Shown here: positions 27,201 to 42,200 of the stretch, piece by piece
Layout of the letters: every line of letters starts with the position of its first letter
How positions within the stretch are numbered: the stretch's first letter is position 1
Assembly: GCA_028534125.1 (NCBI GenBank)
Contig: CM052832.1
Coordinates: forward strand, 6,326,001 to 6,390,000
Source: Lama glama
Taxonomy: Eukaryota
Length of the DNA stretch: 64,000 bases
Direction: 5' to 3'
Position numbers and translations under genes: made by a program
Notes under the pieces: generated by a model
The model's input: only the letters and a program-made list of their open reading frames with translations
Database searches by the model: none
Told to the model about the DNA's origin: nothing

Positions 27201-30200
27201 GATCCCACACAGCAGTGCCTGTGTCCTGGAGCCTTAATGCCAGAAAGGGGCAAACCAAGGTCCCAAGAGAAAGAGAATGCTCAAAAGGAATTTCTTTTTT
27301 TTTTATTGATTTATAATCATTTTACAATGTTGTGTCAAATTCCAGTGTTCAGCACAATTTTTCAGTCATTCATGGACATATACACACTCATTGTCACATT
27401 TTTTTCTCTGTGATTTATCATAACATTTTGTGTATATTTCCCTGTGCTATACAGTGTAATCTTGTTTATCTATTTATTTCTTTTTGAGGCACTGGACCAA
27501 ATCTTTAGATCTTCAGGGCTTGGGGTAGAATCATCTTTAAAGGCAGGCTCAGTGCTCATATTTATTCTCCGAGCTATGGGTGTTTTCCTACATCACATAC
27601 AGATGTGTCACAAACACACACACATATACACATACATACAAGTACACAAGTATATCTATTATTACCGTCCAGAGTTGTTGAAAGGATTAAATAATATTAT
27701 GTACATGTTTTTAAAACATGAATAGGGTTATCTGAGGGGGGGGTTTGTTTGTTTTGATGGATTTTTAATTAAAAACAAATCTAATTGATTTATTTACAAA
27801 ATTACTGCATTTGAAACAGCCTGAAAGGTCCCTGGTACAGAGAAGTCTTCATGTAACTGCTGATGGTAGGAGGAGGGGTGCCACGATATTAGCATTTTAG
27901 GAAAACTATTTCAAAACTCTGTGGGCGGGGGAAGAGGAGCCTGTATGCAAACCTGAGAATGAGGGTGAGTCGGCTCGTTAGAGCAGAGTGGGTGTCGGGG
28001 GGCAGAGGGAAATAAGCAAGGGTCAGAGCATCTGGAATTCGGTCCTGAGTCCCCCAGGAAGGGGGCTTTAGACCAGCCGAGATGGAAACCATGGGAAGTG
28101 AAAACTAGCCAGGTGGTTATTGCTGAAGGAATTATACGAAATTCGTGCAGGGAGACCAGCAAGGATGCTCAGCAGTGTGGACCGTCATCGGCCCTGGCTC
28201 CGGGGAGGATACAGGAAAGGAACAGAGAGAAGGCTGGTGAAAGACATGTGGAGAAACAGGTCCAAAGGACTTAGCAGCAGATTCGACATGGGGTGACGGG
28301 GAGTGAGGATCCCTGCGACACTCCAGGGTGCACAGACCTGGATGACTGGGGAGAGGGAGGTCACAGGCAGAAAGCGGAGCTGGACTGGAAATCGTATTGC
28401 GGAGGTATGCCAGTCAGCTCAAAACTGAGTCTTCCAGGTGGTCTTCCTAGGGAACCGAAAGCAGAAGTTTCCTATCGGTTGGAAGTAGCACAAATATGTC
28501 CTCTACGTCAATTATGAAGCTCCCCAATGCCAGATTTCTGAGCTTAGCTGGGACCACGTCTTGGGCCCTGGGCTGGAGTTCCCATTGGTTCTTCTATGGC
28601 TTCAAAAGGAATGGCTGATGGGAGACAACACTTCAAGACAAGGAGACCGAGGATGTCCCAACCCTGGGCTCAAGGTGTTTCCATCCTCACGCCTCTTTAG
28701 TGAGAGCAAAGTTCCTACCAGACTGGGTTGCTGGCTGCCAGCTTGGAAATCCTGACCCTCTGCAGACCTGCAGCCGGGTGTGCTGGCCTCTTTTGGTCTG
28801 GGTTCGGGAAATGCCTTGCATTTTCCAGGTGGAGGAGCAGAATTGGGGATTTTACTGGCTTTAATCTTTCTCATAACTTGCGGCATTTGGCACTCTGAGC
28901 GGGCAGTGGTGGTGGCAGAGCAAGACGGGAAAGCTGGGTGCTCTCTGCCTGTGTTGTTTGTTTAACTGTCTCAAAAGTGAGACCTCGTTGGAATAGAATT
29001 AGGTTTTTTTGACCTACCAGCAGACAGCTGCCTAGATTACAACCCTTACACTTGCTATAACCAGTACTATTATTTCTACCTGCTGTTTCAGAATGGCTAA
29101 TAGGGCCAGGAAACTTGCTAGGGGTTGTCATACAGTAGCCCAATTCGTCAACAGTTCTGCAGAGAAAATTGTGCCCTTAGTTTACAGATGAGCGAAGCAT
29201 GGCTCACAGGGGTTCACGGCCTCCCAGGCGAGAGGCCCCAGCTCTCTGTGGCTCCAAGTCCAAGCTCATAGTTACAGGTCATAGTTTTCAGCGTGGGTTT
29301 CTGTCGCCTGTGAGGTTTCATCCCATGATTTTTTTTTTTTTTAAGCAAAGAAGTGTTTCCAACATTTATTGAGTGTATATATAATTAAGCACCTCTTGGG
29401 TCCAAAGAAGGTAAAACTTGGTGACCACCTGCTATAAACTTTTAATCTGGTCGGCAGGATAGGAGGTATATGCACCATAAGTTAAACTCAAAGTTCATAA
29501 TATCAAAAGCAGAGTCATCCCTTACGGTGAGCCCGCAAAAGGCAAAGCTACCACCAAGAAAGTCGTAGAAGTAACAGAGACATAGGTCTGGGCCTAAATG
29601 TAAGTTTCTAACAGAACTGACCAAAGATGGGTCGGACCATCTTATATAGATGTGAGTTTCTTGGCACGCAAGGTATTTGAGCCAATCTGAATAAGCACTT
29701 AGCAGATGTGTTTGTAGAGGGCATCGTCGCGTCTGATGAGTGGTTACCCTAGGAGATCTGTAAAATGTTCAAACGACTTCACATTGCCTTGATTCTGAGT
29801 CCTGAGGTCAGCAAGCACACATAAACTCAGAGAGAAGCCAGAAAGAATTGATCAAGGCTGAGATAGGAAAGAAGGAGCAGATGTGGGACAGCAGGGGGCA
29901 GGGAGGAGGGAGCTCCAGGCAGAGGGAATGCTGTGAGATGAATGAATGGGCCGGGGCTTTTCTTGTGCAGATATTGCAGGAGGAAACCGCATTATCTGGA
30001 ATCACATTTAGAGGAAGGTTGCACAGCCACTCCGTGATCCTCGGAGCAGCTTTGTAGAGTAAGGGGCACTGGCCTCCCTGTCTTTTTCTCACTAGGAAGA
30101 GAACTTTATACCTGGCTGGCCCTGATGACTGAGGTGGATGACGAGCTAGTAGAATTAATTCTTTTCTCTAGACTTCACAGCCCAGTGTTTTATAATGCAG

Positions 30201-33200
30201 TGCAGCCCGCCCTCTCTCCATCCACACCTGCCAGCTCAGCCACAGCCTGGGGTGCTGGTGGTTTTCCCCTGGGTGAACCAATCTTTCTCAAACCTAAAGG
30301 GAGAACAGGACCTTTGAGTCTCTGCTGACAATGGTACAGCAGATGCAGAGGACGGTCCAAACTGCTACCTACTAGAACGTGTCAATAAATAAGCAGAACA
30401 GGCATCTTCTAATATTTGCCTTCTACAGGGCTAAGGGGGAGAAACCACGGAGCCAGGTCTTCGGTAATCAGGTGGCCTTATCCCCTCGGTCAAGAGAAAG
30501 CTACACCCACCTTATTTCCCCTGGGCGAGGTCAGCAGGTGGGAGATTGATTTCTGCTTCCACTTAGGCTCCGACTTCTGTGAAGCCATAACTGCATTTGA
30601 GTTGCCAGGCAGAATTAGGGCTGTTTGCTTAAATAGCTGTGATTAAGAACTGCTTGTGGCAGTGTGGGGCCAACTTTCCAGAAATGCCTCTTTAAAATCA
30701 GTGCTGTGTGGCAGCGGGCAGAGATTTATGGGAAAGGAAAGGGGAAATCCTGGTGGGTTTGTGCCTCCTGGGCCAGCAATAGGCCTGCCCCTGCGACACT
30801 GAGGACACCGATGGAATGTGCTACCTTCCACTGGGGCATCGGTGAGTCAGAAAAATTCAGGCAAACAGCACCAGGGCAGAGGAGACCGAGACAAAGAAAA
30901 CACACTGGACTATCTGGGATCAGATGGTCCAGAGGCAGCAGAGAAGAGTGGAAGGGCCTCTAACATACACACAGAGGTGTCCTGTTCCCCCTGCGTCCCT
31001 GGTAGCCTGGGGCAGGGCAGCCAGCATCACTTTCTTAAGCTCTGAAGTCCTCAGGTCTGGAAGAGGTAAAGCAGACAGGGGCCTTTCTACCCCAAACCCT
31101 GGGCCTGCCGAGGGCTGTGAGCAGAGTGGGCCTCTGATCCCGCCTGTCCGCTGGCCACGCTGACCTTCCCTCAAACTCAGACGCTCTCTCTGGGGCATTA
31201 CAGGGACAGGAGGCCCAGGAGCAGATCCAGGTCCTGCTGGCCCGTAAGACCATGGTACTCTTGACGGGGAGGAATGACCCAGATTGAGAGGATCTCCTTC
31301 TGTGCTTCCTCAGACCAGCTGTGGAAGTTGTTGCCTCAAGGTGTTTGCGCTGGTTTTCTCTTCCTAGAGTCACTTTTCCTCCCCAGATCTCTGCCTGGTT
31401 CACTCCTCACTTCCTTCACGTTTTTGTTTAACTTTTCCATCTTTGTAACGATTCTACAGAAAATCGCACACCACCCTCATTCTGCCTGCCCCTCTGTCTC
31501 CTCGCCCTGCTTTATCTCCTCCACGCCCTTCAGAACTGCCCGATGTCGAGGTCTGAACTCCCTGGTTGCCTCCTGTAGGATGGAAGGGCCACGCACGCAC
31601 GTGGAGCTTTGCCTCTCTGATTCACCCCGTGTCCCCGGCACCCAGCCCAGGGCCTGGGGAGGAGGCCCTCCCAAAGCCGTGAAGTTCCTTACAGATCAAC
31701 CAAGCCAGGAAAACCAAACAAACCTAGCAAGGCGTAGTGTCAAAATCCATGTCCGTGACAGTGGGTCACAAAGTGGTTTTCCTCACTGTGGATGTCTGAG
31801 ACCTTGATTGCACTGCCTAGAACTGAACCAAGTTTTAGATCATTCTTCCATTTATGATGAATAATTTTGCCTTTGAATTTGATTATATTTTAAATCGTAC
31901 TTTGGGAATTGGACACTGAATTCTAAAAAGACATTAAACAATACCCTACATGCAGTTTTTGAGCCTGTTTTCAAAGAGAAGACATTTCCTTCTCTGCTAA
32001 AGGCTCCCCATCCTTATCAGCTCTAGGGAGAAGCGACACTTGGGCTGAAGGTCATAGATGTTGCCAAAGGGCGGATGAGGGGAAGAGGGTCCTAGAGGCT
32101 GGTGCTTTAATTCATACTTGCACAAATGCCATAGGCTGGAACTCTAAAGTCACAGGAACTGTCCTCTTAGAGGTATTTTAAGCTTTTGGCTCAGCTCCTT
32201 GTAAGGTCTTAGCAGAAGCACGACCTTGGTTTCAGTGGGGAATGATGACGTTCAAGAATCACCCTGTGCTTTTTGGACACATGCTTGTTCCTCAGTTACA
32301 TGTGCAAAGAGCAGAGAGAGGTCAGCTCAGGCATGGATGATGGAAATAACCCTTGGGTTCCGATACGATGCTGGGATCAGACCCCGGAAGGCAACGATGC
32401 AAAAGATGAAGTGGGTGACACGGGATTGTTCCTGACCTCACTCATCTCGAAAGCAGCTACCGGCCAGGAAATCCTGTTTACAGTCATGGGAGGAGGGTAG
32501 ACCACAGCAAAGAGGATCCTGGAACTTCTGAATCCTCTGGAGGATTGTTGCAGTACCTTTCAGGAAAAGGAATGTCCTCTAAGGCAGACCTTGTAAATAG
32601 CAGGCAGCCACCCTCCCCGCAAATGTTCCCAGCAGGCAGGATACCGTATCCAGGGTTAGGATCACTCAGGTTAAGACTAGCAGTCCTTCCAGGAAGCTTG
32701 CTTCCGCCACAGAACCATCTGCGAATCAGAAAGAACGCAGGAAATTTGCAGCAACGCCATAGCATCGTGACAGACTGATTCTACCCTGAGTTCTAAAAGT
32801 CACTGTGTCCTACTTGTAAATACACATTTATAAGGAAGAAGTGTACCCAAAGCTGCATTCCTACTTTTAAGAAAATGTGCACATTTTCTACAGTTGGAGT
32901 TAATTACAGCAAGTTGAAAGATGCCAAAATGAAATAATTCTCAACAAGGTTGATGAGTAAAACCAAACACCTAGACAAACGTAGTTTGCAGCTCTCAGTG
33001 GACAAATATTGCCATTTTCTGCAGTAAAAATTTATCGGTTGGAATCTCCTACAGTAAACTCACTGCATTGTAGTGTTTCACGTAAATAATCCTTGGAACA
33101 TTGAAAACAAATCTTGCAGTATTATGGGGGAAATTCCTTGCCCAGTTAGAAAACGGACATAGAATTTTAATTTTATGGTTCTATACACCTCATACTTCTG

Positions 33201-36200
33201 GATTTGACTTATATTTTCAAGTAAGAGTTTTGCAAGTATTCACTAATCTTTTCTTTGTTTGACTGACGAGATGAAATAAGCCACAACGGGTCTTCTCAAC
33301 CCACTTGTATGAAAAAATTCTCCTATTCTTTGAAGGTTCTTCATTAGCTACTAACCAAGCCCACGGCTTCTGCTCCAGTTATATATTTCAGCCAAGAATG
33401 AGCCGAAGATTCTGGCAGTGACAGAAAATCGAATCTGTGGCTCAACTGAGAAATCACAGGTTCAACAAGCGCCGATGGGAAATGAATTTATTAGGTGGTG
33501 AGCTCCACGCCAGAAGCAGTGGGTAAGGCTCTGAGAAATGAAGGAAGCAGTCCTGCCCTTGAGAAGCTTACTTCCAGGGATCAAGACATGATGAATGTCG
33601 GAAACTATGCAGGAACATTCCAGGATAGCTGCTGTCTGGCTCGCCTGGAGTGGGAAACAGATGCGTCTGGAATGGCAGCCGGTCAGCCAGCATGGGGGCA
33701 ATTTGGAAAAGCAATGAATTGCTGAAGATCTCTTGTAGTTCACTTTTCAACTTGCCAAGTTTGCTTTCGTTGAGTACCTTTCATGTTCTGGACACCCGGA
33801 GATACAGAGGGAGAACAAAGAGCCCACGCCTTGGGCGTAGGCTGAGAGCAAAGGGAATTACCTAAGTGACCTTTCTCAGGGGTCTTCAAGCCACGCCTAG
33901 TTCAGCTCTTAACAGACATGCATGTCCGTTGAATAGTGTCTGAAACACACTGACTCATTCTGGTGAGTCAGGACCGTGGTTTTTATTGTCTAGGCAGTTG
34001 CCAAGCCTCCCTGCTAGGTCACTTGGTTCTATTCTTGTCCCGTTATGGTCCATTCTCACACAGTCATCCTTGGCCTTGGACGCCAAGGTGGGTGTGGGGA
34101 TGGAGAGGACGGACAAGTCCTGATCTTGGCCTGTGAAGCTCTCAGATGGCCAGAGAACCGAGCCCTGAGACCAAACAGATCTGCTGCCTGTGTCTCCTAA
34201 AAAGCAAAGTCACAGAAGAGAAGCGCCATGAAGGTGGTGGTCAGTAAATGGGCTCTGCTTTTTCTCTAAACATGGTCATTAGAAATTCTTAAAGGCTGTT
34301 GTGTCCGGCATCCACACGTCCCCGTCATTGGCTTTAAGTGCTAAAAGGTCTGTCGTGTCCTCTCTCCACCACCCACGGAAGTCCTCACAGCCTTCGTACA
34401 CTTTCATTTCAGTTGCCGCAAGTCCGTCTGCAGCTCAAGAGTTCACGGTAGATGTTGAGATCGCTTTGGAAAATGCCTCCTTCCTGGAGCCCATCAAAGC
34501 TTACTTGAGCAGCCTCAGTTTTCCAATTCAAGGGAATGACACTGACCCAGCCACCAACATCCTGAGCATCGAGGTGACAGCAGGTGAGTAAAAGACCCAT
34601 TTCTGGAAATAGGAGGACTGGGTCTAACAGGAGAAAGGCTGGCTGAGCTCCTTACTCTTAGAGCAGGTTACCCTTGGTGGGCAAGTGAAATGGCCCTACC
34701 AGCCTGAGGTGTGATTTGATGATTTCACCGCCTTCCAATGTAGTCAAGTCCCTATTCGGAAACTCTGTAGCGAGTGTCCTATTTTAAATGGTGACCAAAT
34801 GTTTGCTTGGTGGCTTGTGTGTTGGTTTTCACAAAGTGGTCCCAAGGTATGCTCGTGACCACCTCCTGGGTCTTCTTACCCTGGGCAGTCAGTATAGCAA
34901 GGACTGGTTCAGGGTATTAGTAAGTAGCAAGCTCTTGTCTTTTGGGCATCACAGAACAAGGGACCTGCCTGGATCAGAAGCAAGGGCACGAAGCAGAACC
35001 TCCCAGACTTTGGGGTTGGACTTTCTGGTCACTGACTCCCTTTCAGGTCATGCGAGTTCCCCTAACGTCTCAGGGGACCATCCCTTGTGTCCCCTAGAAG
35101 CTGTGAGATGGGATTGCCCCTTGCCCTAGAAGAGATTTCTGCTTTGTAAGTTGGAAAAGCACTGATGGGTGTTGGGCTTTATTCTTCCTAAATGGAGGCA
35201 AGAAGAAAGTTCTTGTTTATCAAAATCTTTTCAAATTCTCATGCCTAAATAGTCGATCACAATGCCAGTCTGTGCACCTAAATTTTTAGTTCTTAATACA
35301 TGCTATTTGAACCTGAACTGGCACCCTTTGGATTCCATTTCTCACCAAATTCTACCTCACCATTAATTTCGTGTAGTTAGTGGTTCACTGACTGCTGCCA
35401 GTGTGAGTCCTCCAGTGGCAGAAGGCGTGTCCAGTGGTCCTCAGATACCTTTGCACACAGACTTGTTCTGTTCCGTAGGATATCTCACAAAGCTAGTCAT
35501 AGTGGAGCAACACAGGAAACACAGTTCCCACAAAACACAGATCTTTTGCCTCTAAAATTATTTCCTTTATTTACGGGGAAAATTAATGAATGAATTTTTC
35601 ATCTCTTCTGGTTTGCTTCCCAACTGTTTTTAATGGAAACCATTCATGTCTGTTTGAGTACTACAAAGCAAATCTAGCCAACAAAACAGATCAGTAAATA
35701 TCCAATAAACAAGCAGTTTGCTTTTGTTGAACCTCTTACATGATTATGAACAGTTTCTGTTTCGTACACTCAGTGTAGACACTTTTCAAACTCTCCCTGG
35801 TTTATTTTGTGCTGTTAAAGGAGGCATGACTTTAAGGGGCTCCACTATTTATATTTTAGAAACTTGTTAACCCAGTTTTACAAGTTGGGTCGATGAGTTT
35901 CTCCCAATCTCTTTTTTTTAAGTAGTTGCTTTAGTTCTTGTTTTGTTTTTTTGTTTGTTTGTTTGTTTGTTTTTTAGGAAGGTACTGGGGATTGAACCCA
36001 GGACCTTGTGCATGCTAAGCATGTGCTCTACCACTGAGCTATATCCTCCCCACCCCACTGCCTCACCCCCACAAGTTTCTCTTTTAAGATGCGAATGCCC
36101 TTGGAAAGTGAAAATTATCCTGCCTGCAAGTCTGGTCACTCACACATGGAGGGGGTGAAGACTTTCTGATAGTTCACTGGGGAAGCTTGAGGCTTATGGG

Positions 36201-39200
36201 TTTTTCCCCAGGATCCCCAGGGACTTGATTGTCCTCTTATTTCAGGAACAGTTGTTTGATGGCTTTCCTTTAGGTCATCACTCTGTGGGCCTTTGCCTAG
36301 CTGCCTATCTGCAAACAAACAGCCCCCAGTGATATGACTTTGGTCCAGTTTTAGAAATAAATTCAGTGCCCTCTGTTTTCAGAGCATTTTTCAGTGTCCT
36401 CAGTGGGATCAGAGTCAGTTTGGGTTGCTCACGTTAGACTTGAAATGTAAAAGGCACAATTTTACAATTTGACTTGTATTCTTTATTTGTTGACCATTGC
36501 TCCACAACAAATTACCCCCAAACTTAGCATCCTAAAACAACAAACATTTGTTATACCACACAGTTTCTGAGGGCCAGAAATCCGGGAGGAGCCTAGCTGG
36601 GTGGCTCTGGCTCAAGGTCTCTCACTAAGTTATAGTTAGTCCATGAGCCAGAACTGCAATCGTCTGAAGGCTCAGCTGGGGCTGGAAAACTCGCTTCCTA
36701 GCTCACTGGTGTGGTTGTTGGCAAACCTCAGCTTCTTACTAGCTGTTGTCTGGAGACCTCAGTTCCTAACTATGTGGGCTTCTCCACGACATGTCCTTCA
36801 TGCAATGTGTCCGGCTTGCCAGAGATCAGAGAGAGAAAGAGAGAAGGAGAGAGAGGACACAGCCAAGAGGGAGACCAGCTCTAGTGATCTGGACCCTACT
36901 GGTTGGGATGCTCTCTTCCAAAGCATTTAGGTTTAGATGAATTCACCCAATGTAAAGCCTTTAGAAGCGTGTCTGGCACACAGTTTACACTCAGGGAATA
37001 TTCTCTATTTTTTGTCTTTTAGAATTTAATCTCAGAAGTGATATATGACCACTTCTGCTATTCTCATTCCATTGGTCACACGGACCAACCCTAGTAAAAT
37101 ATGAGAGGGAACTACAAAAGAGTATGGATACCCAGAGGCAGGGATGATCAGGGCCATCTTGAAGGCTGGTTGTCATACACTCTCAGTCTGGGAATCTGCT
37201 CATCACTCACTCTATCATTGTAGGCAGCCCCCGGGCTAGTCAGAGGAGTCGGCATCTTTAGGGGGCCATGCCTAATAGCAAGGTTACACGTGCGGGAATC
37301 ATGGGAATCTCATTCAGCGCTGCTGAACTTCCCAGGAGGGCCAGACGGAGCTGAGTCAGGATTTCCTACAAGCATAAATACTGCTCATCTATAAATGCAA
37401 AGGCGGTGACTACCTTCTCTCCCCTCACTGTTCTGGCTGATGACAGTCTGCAGACCTACTGGCAATGAAATCTGGTGCTCCTGCGAGACAGGTTATCAGT
37501 GGCCTCAGGAAAGGTGCCTCCACAATCTTACCTGTCAAGAGCACAGCGGCTCCCCTGCAGGGCATCACTGCAGTTGCCTTAAGGGACTGCCTCCAGAGGG
37601 ACATTTTTGCCAGCTCCAGAGGGGTAAGTAACTGCTCATTAAATGTTTGCTTGTTGAGTGACTATTTGATATCAACTCAAGCAAATGTTTCTGTGTACTC
37701 AAATGCTAGCACGAGATTTCTAAATATTGTCCTGTGTTCTTCATTAGATGTTATCCTGAGAATGTCGGTCAGACTTAATGTGGGCTTTCAAGAAGACCTC
37801 AGGAACTCTTCCTCTGCCCTTTATAGGTCCTACAAGACTGACTTGGAAACAGCGGTAGGTTTGGGTCCCGGGAACCTCTTAACCAATAGACTTTTTGGGC
37901 TGAACTGAATCTATTGTACATACAGGGGGTAGTTTGTTTGAATCTGTCAGAACTGATGAATGTGGATGTTGAAATTATTTCTATGCAACTAGGATGATGA
38001 ATTAAGAAGTGCTCAAATGGGACAGTGTTCAGGGGATGATCTGACATCACCTTGATCTACAGGTGGAACTTCTTCCCAGGATAGAATTGATTCAGATAAA
38101 ATTTGGTGGCATCAACTCACTGAACCCTACTCAGGGGCCCCAGAAGAGAGTCTAGAAGCTTCAGAGCGTGCATTTTTATTCATCTTCACACCCACATGGA
38201 TGGAACCCCCAACATCTTTTGAGCAGACCAGCGTAAGACTGGCACAGAGAATTCCAAACCACTCTACACTGGAGTGCATTCACACTTATGGCAGATTTAA
38301 ATTTGCTCTTGTAAAAAAATAGAGGACATTCCCTGCATGTAAGCTTTGTGCCAGACACTCTTCTAAGGGCTTTATTTTGGATTAATTAATTCATCTAAAC
38401 CCAAATGCTTTGCTTGAGTCAACCCATTTGAAATAGAGCTTCCCAATGGGTAGTATCTAAATTACTATGGGTGAGTTGAGATAATGACTTCCCTCAGCCC
38501 TCCGCACAGCCAAGCCCTTGCCTCAGGCTTGCCTCCCGCTTACCCTGCTGCCCTGCACAAATATTACCCTTTATTGCCATTACGGAGCGCTGATACCATA
38601 GAGTGCCAGTTTGCATGCCTGGCATCTAATTTGCATATCCAGCTGGTAATGGTTTCCCCCACCCTCAGCCTGAGAATCCTCCCCCCAACACACACACAAC
38701 ACAACTGAATTACATACTTTTGAGGAAAAAGAGTGTTACAGATGAATCTCTGGGTCCCACCCATCCAGCTGTCTAACACTGCACTTTGCACATGGCGTCT
38801 GCCCTGTCGATGGGACTTGACTCAAATTGCGTCTCCTGTGGGGTTGGTATTCAGGGACACAAAGTGGAGGGAAAATGTGAGCAAAAACCACGTTGGTTCA
38901 GCCAGAGCTGCAATATGTTAAGAGGAGGATGGGGCAGTGCAGAAGCCACAAGAATGCACCTCATGGATTTCCAATGACAGGAAACGTAATTGATGAGGGG
39001 CCCCGCGGCTGCCTCTGAAATCCGTGGCAGTGCTCGCTGCGCCTGCTAGTAAATGAGCATGGCTGGTCTGTCTAGCAAACCTGGGACTCCTTTGAAGGCT
39101 GTGCTGAACCTTCCCAGGCTCAGACTAGCATGATGTCATCCAACCTCCCCTCCCACCACGGTTTCACTCGGGTCTAATGGCTCCCCCGTCTTCCTCACCG

Positions 39201-42200
39201 CCTCCGGATCTTTTTCCCTCGGCATGTCCCTAAGTAATTTTTTTACACATTTAATCTGATGTTTGCTTCCTGGAGAACCCAGGATAACCTAGGTAAATAG
39301 GAATTACTTCTTCAGAGATCTGCCGATTCCAGAACTAACAGGAGAAAATTTCACCCAGGGTGGTCAGGGACAGGTGCTTTTTTTACTCTCTTTCAAATCA
39401 TTTGACACGTCTCTCACTGGACCTCAGTCCGTGATACTTGTCTTGCTTTATTTTCCAGTTCTGGAAGGGCTACAGTATTTTACCAGGCTTCAAATTGGTG
39501 ACCGTGACAGGGTTCAGGTAAGAATTCTGTAGAGGGGTCGTTTTTATCCAATGTCAGCGACCAACACATCAGTGAAAAAGAAGCTCTTTCAAGGGGCACC
39601 ATCTGGATGGCTCAGTGGGAACAATTTGGTAGAAGTGAAGACAATGCCAAATTTCGGGGCTTAAAGGGGAAGGAAATACCGAGAACAGTAGCTCCTTAAA
39701 GATGTACCTGCTTAGAAGGAAGGTGAGAAAAAGACTGGTGTTCGTTCTGTGCACGTGAGAATTTTGCAAACAATGACACAGGATAAGTTTGCCATCTCGT
39801 GAGTTCAGAAATACAGGAATGAAATAATGTCATGCAATGATGCCTTTATTCGGGAAAAGCCGGCCAGCGGGCTGTGACCACAAGGTTGCAGGCTGCTGTG
39901 GAGGGCTCCCCCTGGAGTCAGGCACCCTGGCAGTGGGTTTGCACAGTGTTTCAAAAAGTTAGTTGCCAATTTAAAAAATCATGAGAATGTTGATAGGAAC
40001 ATTCAGGATTTCGGCTTCACTTGCGATTCAGCAGAGCTGGTCACCCTGGGCCAGCCTGGATACGTGACAACAGCCTTGGCATCGTGGCTAGTCCCCTCTG
40101 ACCAGTTTATGGGATTCAGGTAGAAACAGGTGGGTTTCCGTGAACCTTAGATAAAAGTCCCCAGGCTGTTCCAGCTGTTTTGTGTTCTTATGCAAGTAAA
40201 CCTTAAGGATCTAGACTTTTTTCAGGTTACTCACTGCTTTACTGAACTGAGTGGTCTCCATCCAGGCCCGGAAGTGTGATTGTGACGTATGAAGTCACAA
40301 CTACAACAGCATCACCTGAATTAATGAATAAAGCGCATACGCAAGTTACACAGAGCCTCAATCAGACCTACAGGATGGACAGCAGCTCCTTCCAGGTTAC
40401 TTACAGCAGTAAGTAGGACTTCACTACTTTTTTCCCTGTATGTAGATTCTGCTTAGACATGATCATGGTATTTACCATTATGCTGAAACCTGGGAAATCA
40501 CATCACAGTGCCCAGTTCCTGGCATAGACGTTTTTGTCCCATCTCCCCATTTTAGGCCATTGCAGAACCTCCTAACACGGCTAATATCGCTGCAATTCAG
40601 AGGAAGGTGGGTCCCAGGAGGGAGAGATTTTACAAGGGAGCCACAGAGCCATCTGGGTTTATGGATTTTTTTTTTTAAAAAATGAACAGACCCAAAACAT
40701 CCAAAAAGGTAGAACTAACACTGTGGTGGTGGTGGGTGCCTGTGGGGGATGTTCATGAAATGCGCTGATATTGACTAGCCGGCCAACGCTGTTTTGAAGC
40801 AGCGGTTCTCAAAGTGCAGCCCCCAGACCAACAGCACCAGCACCATCTGGGAACCTGTTAGAAAAGCAAATTCTTGGGGCCACCTGAGGTCAACTGGGGC
40901 CACAGGTCTGTATTTCAGCAAGCCCTCCAGGTGATTCTGATGCACGGAGAGCGTGAGAACCACTGCTTTGGACCAGACGTGGCAGTGGTAAGAGCCCTGG
41001 TATTTCAGACGCTCTCCCTCATTTCGCAAACGGGGTACAGAGGTGGGCTCTGTTGTGTTACTAGGCGGGTGGACCTTGGGATACTTGGGGGATGGAAATT
41101 TGCTCAAGGCCACAAGTAAGTAATGTGAGTTTGTGTGACTTCCAGGTCAGCTCATGACATGAAATAATCATAGATGGCCTTGCTTTCTGATAGTTAAAGG
41201 TGATTTTCTGAAATCTTATTTTATTCAGGAGCCTACAAAATGTGATAGGAAATATTTGGATGTCTTGATATTTTGACTGGAACATCAGAGCCCCCCCAAA
41301 TTAATTTTCTCCTCCCCAGTGCCTCTGATTTTCTCAACACATGGAACTCATGGAGGACACAGCACAGCTTAGGGGGGGAAATCTGCATATTGTGTAAGCA
41401 AAGGACAACCACAAAAACACATACAAAAATAGCAAATAGTGTGTTTTTATTTCTCTCTGTGAAACGGCATAATACCACAGTTCTCCAGAATTTTACTGTG
41501 AAAATGATGAGAACAGCTACTATTCCTCCAAATCACCTCCCAAGGTAGCACTCACTGCTCCTATTTTCCAGACCAGGGAGCTGAGGCTCAGAGAGGTTAA
41601 GCAAGTTCCCCAGGGCTACACAGCTATTCCTGGCACAGAACCAGGATTCAAATCCAGACCTGTGTGCCTATAAAGCTTCCAGTCTTCTTGGTCCATGGGT
41701 ATTCGATCTTTTAAAAATCCTCTTATTTCCCAAGCATACTTTATTATAAAAAATTAATTTGTTTACCCACCTTTAATTTATCAAAGACACAGGACAGAGC
41801 TTTGAGTCAGCAGAAGGTATCAGTTATCGGTAACAAGCGGTTGACAATATTCAAGTCAGTAGCAAAGGGACTTGATGTTCAAGTTAGCCAGTGTGGCCTT
41901 TTCACAAGCAAATGTGCAAGTTTCTCCCAGACTCTTTGAAATGCTGAAAATAGTTTGGGGATCCCCATTGATACCACTGAGGATTCTTAAGTGTGCAAAG
42001 ACCCCAAGCTGGAAACCATGTCCCTAGTAGCAGGCAGGCTGTTACTCTTTGGGCCTCAGATCCCAGCTGCCCAGGGATGGAATGAGGAGGACGGGTTGCC
42101 TCATTCGTTACCATGGAGACCTCACGAGAACCCTGGTGGTGGTGGTGATGGCGTCTGGGGAGTCGCATTAATTCCATTTCGTTGCTGTGGGGTCCTAATA

